A program made the translations under genes and the position numbers. DNA of 63,814 nt, filler included, from Octopus bimaculoides (Eukaryota), in NCBI RefSeq assembly GCF_001194135.2. It is 6 parts of 6 records of this genome, joined end to end, with 100 filler letters (N's around TTAATTAATTAA, not from the genome) between each part and the next. Parts side by side here need not be neighbours in the genome. Positions count along the whole stretch, not along the records: positions 1 to 14,264 come from NC_068992.1; 5 more parts are not named here. The stretch is one strand, 5' to 3'. The notes under the pieces are model-generated. The model was not told the origin of the DNA and searched no databases. It saw only the letters and a program-made list of their open reading frames with translations. Of the stretch, positions 1 through 11,285 are shown piece by piece (position 1 is the stretch's first letter; every line of letters starts with the position of its first letter).

Positions 1-487
1 GCTTGTCCATTTGTTCCCTAAACAATTTAATAAGTTCTACTGTCTGTTTTTCAGCCATTGTTATTACGATGAATAATTTTACGGTAAAGTAAGCATGTAT
101 CCTATCGATCCTATTAGCGACGCCAATAAACTCTGTTGTATTTCCCTCGGGGGACTCGCAGAGATAACACAACGAGTTGTACAATTTAATTATTACATTT
201 ATTATTCAATTACATACAAAGAACGCACTCACCCAAAGTTCGTTATGAATAAACAAGAATCATGTCCGCCATATATATCAATGACCTTTTACTACCCCAG
301 TCATTCAGAACAACAACAATGAAACAATGAACTCAGACGAACCACATGACACACGGAACGTCAGACGAATAACGTATCCAACAGTCCATATAACAGAGGG
401 GGTCAGAAATACACAGAATTTAGGGGTATTCAATTGCCTTCGATTGGCTTCTTACCACTTCCCCAACAGAATGTGTGTATGTATGTA

Positions 488-1322
488 TGTACCTTAAACA
501 ACTGGAACATTTCCATCAGATGTGTCTCAGACAGATCTATGGCATTAAATGGGAGGACCGCATCAGTTATCTTGAGATATTGGAAAGCTCTCGGTGTGAA
601 AGTATAGAAGCTCTTGTGTTGAAGCAAAGGCTCAGATGGAGTGGTCATCTGGTCAGGATGAAAGATTCAAGGATGCCAAAACAACTCTTTTATGGAGAGT
701 TAGCTAAAGGAGAACGACTTCCACATAAACCAAAAAAGAGGGTAAAGACTTGCTGAATGCTTCCTTAGCAGATGCTAGCATTTCTCCTGACACATGGGAA
801 GGCATAGCAGGTGAAGAAGGATTGTATATAAGGGAACAGCTACTTTTGAGAAATCTCGAGTTGTGCATGAGAAAGTAAGGAGGGATGTCAGGAAGGGCAT
901 CACTGTTGCACTTCCAGATGATAAGGGTCTTCCTATGATGCTGACATGCAGTGTCTGTGCAAGACCATGCCTCAGTAAAGCTGGACTCAAGAGTCATCTA
1001 CGTAATCATAAAGTAAGACCGATGATTGACAACTGGTGTTGGTGCTACACATCATACTAATTATATCTGTCAGGCACGTGGAAGGGAGTGTAATTTGGCG
1101 GTAGAACTTAAACAACATGCAAAGGTACATGAAGCCCAGTTACAAGTACAGCTGGCTATTGCCAGTAAACGTTTTAGCTGCCAATTCTGTCCAAGACATT
1201 GTAGATCTTTAACCAGGCTAAAAAGTCACATTCAATCACAGCACCATTGACAGTTAAACCTCATGCAATGGCAATACTTGATAACGAAGGGACAGCCATC
1301 ATGTATGTATGTATGTATGTAT
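488..1322 (+). mobile_element. 5'-truncated RTE-clade LINE: ORF2 C-terminus with three C2H2 zinc fingers, short 3' UTR and (TATG)n tail; frameshifted
   Basis: ORF 475-756 reads LRWSGHLVRMKDSRMPKQLFYGEL (typical RTE post-RT region). It continues through frameshifts into KDLLNASLADASISPDTWEGIA, KGTATFEKSR, CSVCARPCLSKAGLKSHLRNH, CQARGRECNLAVELKQHAKVH and CQFCPRHCRSLTRLKSHIQSQH. It ends cgaagggacagccatc-(atgt)n. Confidence 0.85.
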
Positions 1323-1334
1323 ACGGTGGGTAGG

Positions 1335-1950
1335 TAGTTCATTGAAGAGAGACAGAGTCAGCAGGTTTGAAAAAGGCATCTTCTTTCTTTGATAGCATTT
1401 CTAGCAATGGCACATCAGTGTAGATTGTGTTTTGGGATTCTCTTATGCCACTTTCTTTGCAATAAATCTTATTAATTCTTCCTAATCTTTCATTTCCATT
1501 CATTTGAGATAGACTTCAACATTCATCCCAGACCATTTGCTGAATTTTTGATCAAACAACTTGAGATAAAAGGGACATGACAAACTCAGGTGCTGCTACC
1601 ACAACAAGATGCACCCAGTACATTCTGGAAAGTGTTTGTCAAACGAAAGGAATCAACACAGGGTGGAGAGGAGTTTTTGGTCACTTTTAAAGAGTTAATT
1701 TTCCCTCATTAATTATAGAACATAAGCATCTATCCATTCTTAACACTTTCTGGCAAAGTTGACAATGAATATGCTAATCATTGTTGTATTTCTCCTTCAG
1801 AGAATATCTTCTCCCTTTTGATGAGGAGTGTTTATAACATGCAATTCATTGATGTAAGGGGACTTTGAGAGACAGCAGTGGTATTTTGACCTCATTGTAT
1901 GTCTCCTCAGTTAAAGCTACTTGAATCAGTGAATCCAAACCAGAGTATTG
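1335..1950. repeat. Unclassified interspersed repeat, copy 1
   Basis: 1335-1515 aligns by eye with 3650-3835 (shared ttttgggattctcttatgccac, aataaatcttattaatt, ttgagatagact). The left and right limits are approximate. Confidence 0.6.
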
Positions 1951-2064
1951 GCTCTTGTTTGTAGAAATAAACAAACACATTCCTTGCTGAAAAGTGCTGA
2001 TGCTTGCCAAACTGATAATAATTCATCCAGTAAACACCAAACGGCAACAATCAAAACAAATCAT

Positions 2065-2095
2065 CATATATATATAGTGAGAGAGAGAGAGGTAG

Positions 2096-2128
<33 letters not shown>

Positions 2129-2147
2129 TGTATGTATGTATGTGTGT

Positions 2148-2193
<46 letters not shown>

Positions 2194-2250
2194 TATATAC
2201 ATATGTATATGTACATACTTACATCTATACGTATATATATGTGTACATAT
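2065..2250. repeat. Compound (TA)n/(GA)n/(TATG)n microsatellite
   Basis: Directly visible. Confidence 0.95.
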
Positions 2251-2269
2251 GTGGGCACAGGACATCACA

Positions 2270-2580
2270 AAATGTGTACAACAAAAACTACGAAGTACGA
2301 GTACAAAGAATATGAACTATTCTTTCAAACAACAAAAGACACAAATGGAAAACAAGACAAACAACATAAAGAGCGACCCTTCATCAGTTGCTGGCTGTTT
2401 TTCTTGTCTCATATTTCGAGTATTTAACAACAATATACGCTTTCAATAAAACAGTTGCTCCCACAAAGCAAATTAAATAAAATTTGGGATTTTGCGGAGG
2501 GTCAAAATTGGTAACACAAACAGGACAGTGAAAACAAACAGGAAGGGCTGCTAAGCCTAAACGAGGTTGTGGTGGTGAAC
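2270..2580. repeat. Interspersed repeat, possibly a Penelope-like terminal/UTR segment
   Basis: ttcatcagttgctggctg...tttcgagtatttaacaac matches the reverse complement of 54527-54580. The Penelope assignment is inference. Confidence 0.45.
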
Positions 2581-2582
2581 CG

Positions 2583-2616
<34 letters not shown>

Positions 2617-2621
2617 GTATA

Positions 2622-2686
2622 TATCATCATCATCATCATCATTTAACGTCTCTTTCCATGCTAGCATGGGTTGGATGATTTGACTG
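2622..2686 (-). mobile_element. RTE LINE 3' end with (GAT)n tail, running into a gap
   Basis: (cat)n-ttaacgtc..tttccatgctagcatgggttgga is the reverse complement of the 3' end at 6440-6500. Confidence 0.85.
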
Positions 2687-3492
2687 NNNNNNNNNNNNNN
2701 NNNNNNNNNNNNNNNNNNNNNNNNNNNNNNNNNNNNNNNNNNNNNNNNNNNNNNNNNNNNNNNNNNNNNNNNNNNNNNNNNNNNNNNNNNNNNNNNNNNN
2801 NNNNNNNNNNNNNNNNNNNNNNNNNNNNNNNNNNNNNNNNNNNNNNNNNNNNNNNNNNNNNNNNNNNNNNNNNNNNNNNNNNNNNNNNNNNNNNNNNNNN
2901 NNNNNNNNNNNNNNNNNNNNNNNNNNNNNNNNNNNNNNNNNNNNNNNNNNNNNNNNNNNNNNNNNNNNNNNNNNNNNNNNNNNNNNNNNNNNNNNNNNNN
3001 NNNNNNNNNNNNNNNNNNNNNNNNNNNNNNNNNNNNNNNNNNNNNNNNNNNNNNNNNNNNNNNNNNNNNNNNNNNNNNNNNNNNNNNNNNNNNNNNNNNN
3101 NNNNNNNNNNNNNNNNNNNNNNNNNNNNNNNNNNNNNNNNNNNNNNNNNNNNNNNNNNNNNNNNNNNNNNNNNNNNNNNNNNNNNNNNNNNNNNNNNNNN
3201 NNNNNNNNNNNNNNNNNNNNNNNNNNNNNNNNNNNNNNNNNNNNNNNNNNNNNNNNNNNNNNNNNNNNNNNNNNNNNNNNNNNNNNNNNNNNNNNNNNNN
3301 NNNNNNNNNNNNNNNNNNNNNNNNNNNNNNNNNNNNNNNNNNNNNNNNNNNNNNNNNNNNNNNNNNNNNNNNNNNNNNNNNNNNNNNNNNNNNNNNNNNN
3401 NNNNNNNNNNNNNNNNNNNNNNNNNNNNNNNNNNNNNNNNNNNNNNNNNNNNNNNNNNNNNNNNNNNNNNNNNNNNNNNNNNNNNNNNNNNN

Positions 3493-3543
<51 letters not shown>

Positions 3544-3644
3544 CACGCACATACATACATATGTATGTATATATGCATATATAAAGAGAGAGAAAGAGAT
3601 GTGTGGATGTGTAGATGTATGATATATATATATGTGTGTACATA

Positions 3645-3835
3645 TGGGGAAGGTTTGTCCATTGAAGAGAGAGTGTCAGCAGTTTTATGAAAGGAATCTT
3701 CTTTGGTTGATAGCTTTCTAGCAATGACACATCAGTGAAGACTGTGTTTTGGGATTCTCTTATGCCACATTCCTGGTAATAAATCTTATTAATTTCTACC
3801 AATCCTTCACTTCCTTTCACTTGAGATAGACTCTG
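3645..3835. repeat. Unclassified interspersed repeat, copy 2
   Basis: Same-orientation homologue of 1335-1515. Confidence 0.6.
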
Positions 3836-4024
3836 TGGAGGGGAAAAAATAGAATGTTGTTCATCAGAATAGAAAGGATGTATTGTTTGTAAGATGTTTA
3901 GAACCATCTCTAGTCAAGCTACAGTGCAATGTTGAACAGCCCTCAACTACACACACACATACACACACACACATACACACACAAACGCACACACATATAC
4001 ATATACATATGGTGGTATAGCTGC

Positions 4025-4175
4025 ATTTTATCTTTTACTTGTTTCAGACATGGTACTGTGGCCATGCTGAGGCATCACTTTAAACAAATATTTAGAAGTG
4101 TCTTCTGCAATAACTTAAGCTTGACCAAAGCCTTATGAGTGGATTTGGTAGATAAAAACTAAAAGAAGCCCATCA
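4025..4175. mobile_element. Two abutting decayed fragments of SINE family B (minus-strand tail, plus-strand middle)
   Basis: ttttacttgtttcag...ggccatgctg is the reverse complement of the family B tail; gaccaaagccttatgagtggatttggtag matches 4279-4310. Confidence 0.65.
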
Positions 4176-4189
4176 TATAGATATATATA

Positions 4190-4331
4190 TAGGCCTTGCT
4201 TACCAACCACATGGTTCTGGGTTCAATCCCACTGCGTGGCACCTTGGGCAAGCGTCTTCTACTATAGCCTCGGGCCGACCAAAGCCTTGTGAGTGGATTT
4301 GGTAGATGGAAACTGAAAGAAGCCCGTCGTA

Positions 4332-4384
<53 letters not shown>

Positions 4385-4596
4385 ATGTGTTTGTGTGTCT
4401 GTATTTGTACCCCCAACATCGCTTGACAACCGATGTTGGTGTGTTTACGTCCCCGTAACTTAGCGGTTCGGCAAAAGAGACAATAGAATAAGTACTAGGC
4501 TTCCAAAGAATAAATCCTGGGGCCAATTTGCTCGACTAAAGGCGGTGCTCCAGCATGGCCACAGTCAAATGACTGAAACAAGTAAAAGAGTAAAAG

Positions 4597-4600
<4 letters not shown>
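4190..4600 (+). mobile_element. tRNA-derived octopus SINE (family B), near full length with internal (TA)n/(TG)n
   Basis: B-box-like gggttcaatccc, CORE-like gcaccttgggcaag, second module ccccaacatcgcttgacaaccgatg, and tail gactgaaacaagtaaaagagtaaaaga. Multiple copies occur in the window. Confidence 0.85.
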
Positions 4601-4634
<34 letters not shown>

Positions 4635-4889
4635 TACACTCACACACGCACGCACGCACGNNNNNNNNNNNNNNNNNNNNNNNNNNNNNNNNNNNNNNNN
4701 NNNNNNNNNNNNNNNNNNNNNNNNNNNNNNNNNNNNNNNNNNNNNNNNNNNNNNNNNNNNNNNNNNNNNNNNNNNNNNNNNNNNNNNNNNNNNNNNNNNN
4801 NNNNNNNNNNNNNNNNNNNNNNNNNNNNNNNNNNNNNNNNNNNNNNNNNNNNNNNNNNNNNNNNNNNNNNNNNNNNNNNNNNNNNNNNN

Positions 4890-5600
4890 AAAGAGTAAAT
4901 TTATTCAATAAAAATCGCCGTTGGTTTCAACCACAGCCTCCAGACGACTTCAGAATCTCCTGCAACTCTTCTTAATGGTCTCCTTAATTAAGTTGGTCCA
5001 CGCTGCCATAATTCTCGCCTTTGGTTCATCTTTGGTGTTACAAGGAGTTTTGTTGGTCTCTCGCTCAACTGTGCCTCACACATAATAATCAAGGGGGTTG
5101 CAGTCTGGGGAGTTAGGTGGCCAGATGCTAGGGGTGATGTGGTTGCAGAAATTGTCTGACAAGCCATGACTGGGTTGTCCTGCTTGTGTGGCATGTTGCC
5201 AGACATAGGGTTTTCCAGTAGCCAGCCTCTTAACCCAGAGCAGCACTACCTCCTCCAGGCATTTTATGTAGGCCACCGTGTTGAGTTTGAGGCCATGTGG
5301 GAAGATGAACGGACGGATAATGTTGCCATCACTAGTGATCACTCCAAACACCATGATGTTGTCTGGATGTTTGATCTTCATGACTCTTGGTACATATTTT
5401 GGGGACAAGGCAAGCCAACAGATGTTCTGTGTTCACCATCTGTTCATATTGGAGCTTCCAGTACAAATACCAAACAGTACAGCATGTAATTTCCAAATTT
5501 CTGGCAGAGTGAAGTGCATCATAGTGCTGTTTTTCTCACAAATGGTACCCGACTGACCCTACTATACTGTGTTGTCGGCAAAATCAAAAACAAACACCGC
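4890..5600 (-). mobile_element. Tc1/mariner (maT/DD37D-like) transposon, internally deleted and decayed
   Basis: Translates to VPRVMKIKHPDNIMVFGVITSDG...WPPNSPDCNPLDYYV...SRLEAVVETNGDF. The N-terminus MHFTLPEIWKLHAVL is joined almost directly to the catalytic region. Confidence 0.9.
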
Positions 5601-5654
5601 ACATGCGCAAAATCAAAAATATAAAATGGTAACAATTTATCATTGCTTATGTTT

Positions 5655-5870
5655 TTATGTCTGTATTTGTCTCTCACTATCGCTTAACAGCCAGTGTTGG
5701 TGTGTTTATGTCCCTATAACATAGCAGTTCAGCAAAAGAGACTGATAGAATAAGTACCAGGCTTAGGATAAAAAAGGTAAACACTAGGGTTGATTCATTC
5801 AATTAAAAGTTTTCAAGGTGGGGCCCCAGTATGGCTGTAGTCTAATGACAAGTAAAATATAAAAGATAAA
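5655..5870 (+). mobile_element. SINE family B, 3' module, decayed
   Basis: ctatcgcttaacagccagtgttggtgtgtttatgtccc...gatagaataagtacc matches 4415-4500. Confidence 0.8.
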
Positions 5871-5877
5871 AATATAT

Positions 5878-6500
5878 AGAAAAGCTGAACATTAGAAGAA
5901 AAGAGAAAAGCTGAACATTAGAAGCATCAGTTGTGGCGTGCAAGAGAGACGATTGCGCTGGTATGGACATGTGGTGAGAATGGAGGAGGATAGCTGCGTG
6001 AAAAAGTGCCACACCCTAACAGTTGAGGGAACCCGTGGAAGAGGTAGGCCCAGGAAGACCTGGGCTGAGGTGGTGAGGCAAGACCTTCGTACATTGGGCC
6101 TCACTGAGGCAATGACTACGGACCGAGACCTTTGGAAATGGGCTGTGCGTGAGAAGACCCGGCAAGCCAAGTAAGATCGTTGCCAGTGCCCCTGGACTGG
6201 TTCTTGTGCGGGTGGCACATGAGATGCACCATTTTGNNNNNNNNNNNNNNNNNNNNNNNNNNNNNNNNNNGGCACATAAAAGACACCATTTCGAGCGTGG
6301 CCGTTTTCGTGCGGGTGACACGTAAAAGCACCCACTACACTCTCTGAGTGGTTGGCGTTAGGAAGGGCATCCAGCTGTAGAAACTCTGCCAAATCAGACT
6401 GGAGCCTGGTGTTGCCATCCGGTTTCACCAGTCCTCAGTCAAATCGTCCAACCCATGCTAGCATGGAAAGCGGACGTTAAACGATGATGATGATGATGAT
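5878..6500 (+). mobile_element. 5'-truncated RTE LINE (ORF2 end, 3' UTR, (GAT)n tail)
   Basis: QERRLRWYGHVVRMEEDSCVKKCHTLTVEGTRGRGRPRKTW...QAK*, followed by a 3' UTR ending gcggacgttaaacgatgatgat. Confidence 0.92.
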
Positions 6501-7121
6501 GATATATATATATATATATATATATTTGTTTTTATATACACACACTCACACACACGTGCATATATGATAAAATTGTGAATTTGCAATTTACAACTGAAAG
6601 GCAGAACTATTGACATCATTAGAGTGACGTCAATACATATACACACATCTCTAAAATGACATCTGTATATATATGTGTGTGTGTGTGTGTGTGAGTGTGT
6701 ATACATACATATATTCACACATACACACAAACAAATATACATGTGTGTGTGTGTGTGTGTATGTATGCAATAACGTACAGTTGACCTCCCTGTCCTTCGA
6801 CCAACTCTCATTCCACACTAGTCAAACCTGTAACCTGTTCTTTGTTTCATTTTATTCCCATTCGTTGTAACTATTTCTCAGTTATGTCTCCTGTCTCATG
6901 ACGGTGAACCTTATCAGAATGATGTCAACATTGCATCATCTTATTCTTTTATTCATAGAGCTTTTCGTACTTCGGTCAAATTTCAGTATTTATATGTGTG
7001 AAGCAAAAAGAAAAAATACGATTTCCCAGAAACAAGATCAAAACAGGAATCCAAGAAAAAAAGGATCCAGAGAAATTATTTTCTGAGAAAATCAAAATTA
7101 TTATGTTGCAGTTGGATTTAA

Positions 7122-7339
7122 TCCTTTAGCATCAGATTACTTTGTTACATTAAAGATTATTTAATCATATAGTTTTTAATTAATCCTGCATTATCTCATA
7201 GCTTCAAGATTTCAATGATGCGATTGCTTAATTTTAGAATGACATTGTAGGGTAGGTGTGTGAGGCCAGATCTAGCTGGTTTGAATATGAAACAGATAGA
7301 ATATTTAGACAAGATATACCCAGGTTAAGTGCTAAAAGA
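7122..7339. mobile_element. piggyBac-type MITE
   Basis: Flanked by TTAA at 7118-7121 and 7340-7343. The termini tcctttagca and tgctaaaaga are inverted repeats (9/10). Confidence 0.7.
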
Positions 7340-7989
7340 TTAAGTGTTAGGATTAAGTGTTAGGATATAAGAGAATTTAAGAGTTAGGATTTAGCTTCAA
7401 AGTTGATGTATATATATTGGTGCTTCTTAAAGGGAGAAGTACTACCCATCCCCCAAGGGGTCCCAGTGAAAAGTATTATAAAGGTGCAAAGAACAAAGGA
7501 GGGAGGTGGAAAATAGATAGGTGCCTTCAACTTTTTTTTTAAATTTTGTCCCCAATTTAAAAATTTAACTTTTTAAAAAATTGTGAATATAATATTATGA
7601 TCAACAGTTTCTTTGCCACTATCACAATAACATCAAGAAGTATAATAGTAGACTTTGAAATATAATCAAGTAAATGAACAAATTTTAATATACACTGATG
7701 TAAATTATGAATAATAAACAAAAGTACAATATAAAAAAGTGTCAAAATTTTTGAGGAGTACCATATATGTAATAAAGACAGCCACTGCACCTGTAGTTTT
7801 ATGCAACATCTTGATATGAGCATGTAAAGCTATGCATATGAACATGTGTACTCGATTCTGCTCAATTGTAGCAAAAAGAGGTACTGAAAAAATATTAATA
7901 TAGGAAAGTGGTGTGAGGATGCTTAGCAAAAATACTGGAGAAGCATTGATGTGTATTATTCTAGTTGCTGTTGTTGTTGTTATCATTGT

Positions 7990-8212
7990 TAAGGCAGCAA
8001 ACTGGTAGAATCGTCAGCACGCCAGGTGAAATGCTTAGCAGTATTTTGTTTGCCATCACATTCTGTGTTCAAATGCTGCCAGGGTCAACGCTTTGCCTTT
8101 CATCTTTTCGGGGTCAATTAAATAAGTACCAGTTACGTACTGGGCTCGATGTAATCGACTTATCCCTGTCTCCAAAATTTCAGGCCTTGTGCCTTTGATA
8201 AAAAGGATTATT
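7990..8212 (+). mobile_element. tRNA-derived octopus SINE (family A), CpG-decayed
   Basis: aaggcagcaaactggtagaatcg...gttcaaat...cctttcatcttttcggggtc...aagtaccagtt...ggccttgtgcc; homologous to 21820-22000. Confidence 0.85.
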
Positions 8213-8227
8213 ATTATTATTATGATA

Positions 8228-8330
8228 GCCAGGGATCATTCTCAGTTCCTTTTTTGATCATTCCTAGTGCTCCTACAATCATTGGTATTGTAACCACCTT
8301 GAAATGTCACATTTCCTCAGTTTCAATCAA
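8228..8330 (-). mobile_element. Dong/R4-like LINE C-terminal fragment
   Basis: The minus strand reads MWHFKVVTIPMIVGALGMIKKG-like, the post-endonuclease end of RLE non-LTR proteins. A second copy lies at 9515-9615. Confidence 0.6.
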
Positions 8331-8417
8331 CACATAAGCTATTATTATTTAGTCTTTAATTTGAAAGTAATTATTATTATTGCTATTATTATTATTATTA
8401 TTATCATCATCATCATC

Positions 8418-8449
<32 letters not shown>

Positions 8450-8453
8450 TATT

Positions 8454-9204
8454 GTTCAGTAGTTTTATTTTTATAACGTGCTTTCACTTCACTACCAAGC
8501 GCAGTTCTGTGTGCCTTGGGTATGTGCTGTGGTTTACTGTGATGCTCTTATGGTTACTGTATTGAAAGTGTTTTGCATAGGATGTGTGCAGTGCCCAGTA
8601 GTGCAATTTTCTGTATGTTATATATATTTGTAAGTCCTGGTGTTTTTGTTATGTATTTGTCTGAATATTTTTTTATTATACCTAAGGCACCTANNNNNNN
8701 NNNNNNNNNNNNNNNNNNNNNNNNNNNNNNNNNNNNNNNNNNNNNNNNNNNNNNNNNNNNNNNNNNNNNNNNNNNNNNNNNNNNNNNNNNNNNNNNNNNN
8801 NNNNNNNNNNNNNNNNNNNNNNNNNNNNNNNNNNNNNNNNNNNNNNNNNNNNNNNNNNNNNNNNNNNNNNNNNNNNNNNNNNNNNNNNNNNNNNNNNNNN
8901 NNNNNNNNNNNNNNNNNNNNNNNNNNNNNNNNNNNNNNNNNNNNNNNCTTCTTAGCCAGGACTGGGCAGCCAGAGATAATATGATTTATTGTTTCTTGTC
9001 CATCTCCACATATTCTACAGTTACTTGTTATGTTTCTTTTCATTATATGTTTTTGGTAATTTCTGGTGGGGAGGCTTTGGTCTTGTGCAGCAATTAAAAA
9101 TCCTTCAGTCTCTGCTTTGAGTCCTGAGCTTCTCAACCATTGCTGGGATTTTTCTCTCTCTATTTCTTTTGCATTTAGTTTAGCCCAGTATTTACCACGT
9201 AGGG
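8454..9204 (-). mobile_element. 5'-truncated Dong/R4-clade (RLE) non-LTR retrotransposon flanked by (TAA)n on both sides
   Basis: LRGKYWAKLN..EKSQQWLRSSGLKAETEGFLIAAQDQSLPTRNY..CRICGDGQETINHIISGCPVLAK (CCHC knuckle), a gap, then LGALGIIKK..QKIALLGTAHIL and a 3' UTR. Confidence 0.88.
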
Positions 9205-9242
9205 TATTATTATTAATATTATTATTATTATTATTATTATTA

Positions 9243-9273
<31 letters not shown>

Positions 9274-9418
9274 GAGTTTTTCTTCTTTCAATTTTGTTTC
9301 CATTTCTTGTTAGGGCAAAGAAACTCACTGTATACATTGAGAGGCCATTAAACTAAACACAGCAGATTCTTTGTTTTTAAAACAAAGAGAAGCTATGAGA
9401 AAAAAAAAGAAAGAAATA

Positions 9419-9481
9419 CATGGGTGGTACTTGTTCTCACATGGGTGGTACTCGTTCTCACATAGGCAGTGCTCGTTCTCT
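9419..9481. repeat. 21-bp tandem repeat x3
   Basis: catgggtggtacttgttctca / catgggtggtactcgttctca / cataggcagtgctcgttctct. Confidence 0.85.
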
Positions 9482-9514
9482 CAAACAGTCTTTTGCATTT
9501 CTTTCAGGAATGGT

Positions 9515-9615
9515 AAGCTAGGGATCATTCTCAAATAATTCTTAGTTCCTTCTATGATCATTGCTTGTGCTCCTACAATCATTGATATTGTAACCACCTT
9601 TTGAGATGCCACATT
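9515..9615 (-). mobile_element. Dong/R4-like LINE C-terminal fragment
   Basis: Homologous to 8228-8330 (gtgctcctacaatcattg.tattgtaaccacctt). Confidence 0.6.
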
Positions 9616-9849
9616 ATTATTATTTAGGCTTGAATTTGACAGTAATTGTTGTCAGTGGGCTATTTAGCTTAAAGGTAAAGTACTAGTTGGTATCTGAGGA
9701 GTATGGGTTCAAATCTTGTAACCATCCTCTGACAACTTTTTTATTTTTTAAGGGTAAAATACCCAATCTTTCTGCTGTTTTCATGGCTATACTGCATTAG
9801 AAATTTACTTTCTTGTCTGTTGTTATTGTTGTTGTTGTTGTTGTTATTG

Positions 9850-10407
9850 AATGAGGAAGCACTGCATGCCATCAAAGTGACACTGATGTAAAATATACGA
9901 AGCCCAGTATACCCATCATGACTACCCTTCTGATAAGGGTACACCAGGCATATGCATCACAACCATATGTGCGTGACATGGTGATCTCATATCAAGATAA
10001 ACAGCACATGACCTTACAGGCCCAGTTAGAATTTTCTTTTCAGGTCAAGTAGCCCAACCTGCCCAAAAGGTCCCTGAATAAGGGTTGTTTGAGGATGTTG
10101 AACGAAACACCCACATTTCCAAAGGCTGATTATCCAAACTCCAAAGAATTCCTCCCAACACATGGCTATGATGCTCCCCACTACTTCTGCTTGTGATCAG
10201 AGATGACATATCATCAGCTACCAAGAGACATGCTCAACTAATTAAGGTCAGACAACTGACAAGCAAATCTGTGGTACTGAGCTGAATATTTGTTGTAGCC
10301 CATCCTTTATACCAAGACAAAACATGTCCATTATAACACTTCCAATCAGTTAAGATCAGAAGCCATGAGAACTACTGTCTGGTACTGCATCAGGGCATTT
10401 TTTTAAA

Positions 10408-10412
<5 letters not shown>
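9850..10412. repeat. Probable ~560-bp interspersed element between (GTT)n and (ATT)n tracts
   Basis: A GC-richer block with sharp microsatellite boundaries and no ORF. It resembles an octopus repeat I recall; not verified. Confidence 0.4.
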
Positions 10413-10417
<5 letters not shown>

Positions 10418-10441
<24 letters not shown>

Positions 10442-11285
10442 TTATGTTTGACTTTTGTTTTGCATTTGTACAAGTTGGATCCAAGTCTCACCCAGAGACC
10501 TCAAGAGACAACAAGTTAGAAGTTCATGTAGGTATTATGCCTAGGGTACCATATATTTGGATTTGTACAGTTTTGTTCAAGTGAATGTTTAAGAAACCAT
10601 AAGAAAATTATGTGTTTGCTTTAAAATTTGAGATCACATAGACAGTATTTNNNNNNNNNNNNNNNNNNNNNNNNNNNNNNNNNNNNNNNNNNNNNNNNNN
10701 NNNNNNNNNNNNNNNNNNNNNNNNNNNNNNNNNNNNNNNNNNNNNNNNNNNNNNNNNNNNNNNNNNNNNNNNNNNNNNNNNNNNNNNNNNNNNNNNNNNN
10801 NNNNNNNNNNNNNNNNNNNNNNNNNNNNNNNNNNNNNNNNNNNNNNNNNNNNNNNNNNNNNNNNNNNNNNNNNNNNNNNNNNNNNNNNNNNNNNNNNNNN
10901 NNNNNNNNNNNNNNNNNNNNNNNNNNNNNNNNNNNNNNNNNNNNNNNNNNNNNNNNNNNNNNNNNTTTGTGTTCCCACCAGTTTTTATCATGGGGCAAGT
11001 CCAGGTTTTTGCATATTACCCAGTGAATATATTGTGCAGCTCTATCATGCCTGTTGAGATACTCTGTAGGCGCAAGCAGACTGCACATGGAGACAACATG
11101 ATCGATGGTCTCATTTTGTTGTTGGCATATACGACATAATGGGGAGCTGCCGTTCTTTAATATGTTGGCCTGGTAGTTCTTTGTAGGTAGGCATTGATCT
11201 TGGGCTGCTATGATAAACCCCTCTGTTTCTGATTTCAAGCCAGAGGCCATTAACCATTGTGCATGAGGATCATCCGAGGACAATC
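10418..11285 (-). mobile_element. Second 5'-truncated Dong/R4-clade element with (TAA)n tail
   Basis: QWLMASGLKSETEGFIIAAQDQCLPTKNY..CRICQQQNETIDHVVSMCSLLAPTEYLNRHD..WWEH, a gap, then ILSM*, a 3' UTR and (att)n at 10418-10441. Confidence 0.88.

Noticed and set aside
4195-4240. tRNA-like A/B boxes here and at 21590, 22885 and 60700
   Set aside because: These are SINE heads without a closed cloverleaf, not tRNA genes.
7338-7395. gattaagtgttag repeats and ttaggg-like motifs as interstitial telomere or CRISPR
   Set aside because: There are only two to three degenerate units and no repeat-spacer structure.
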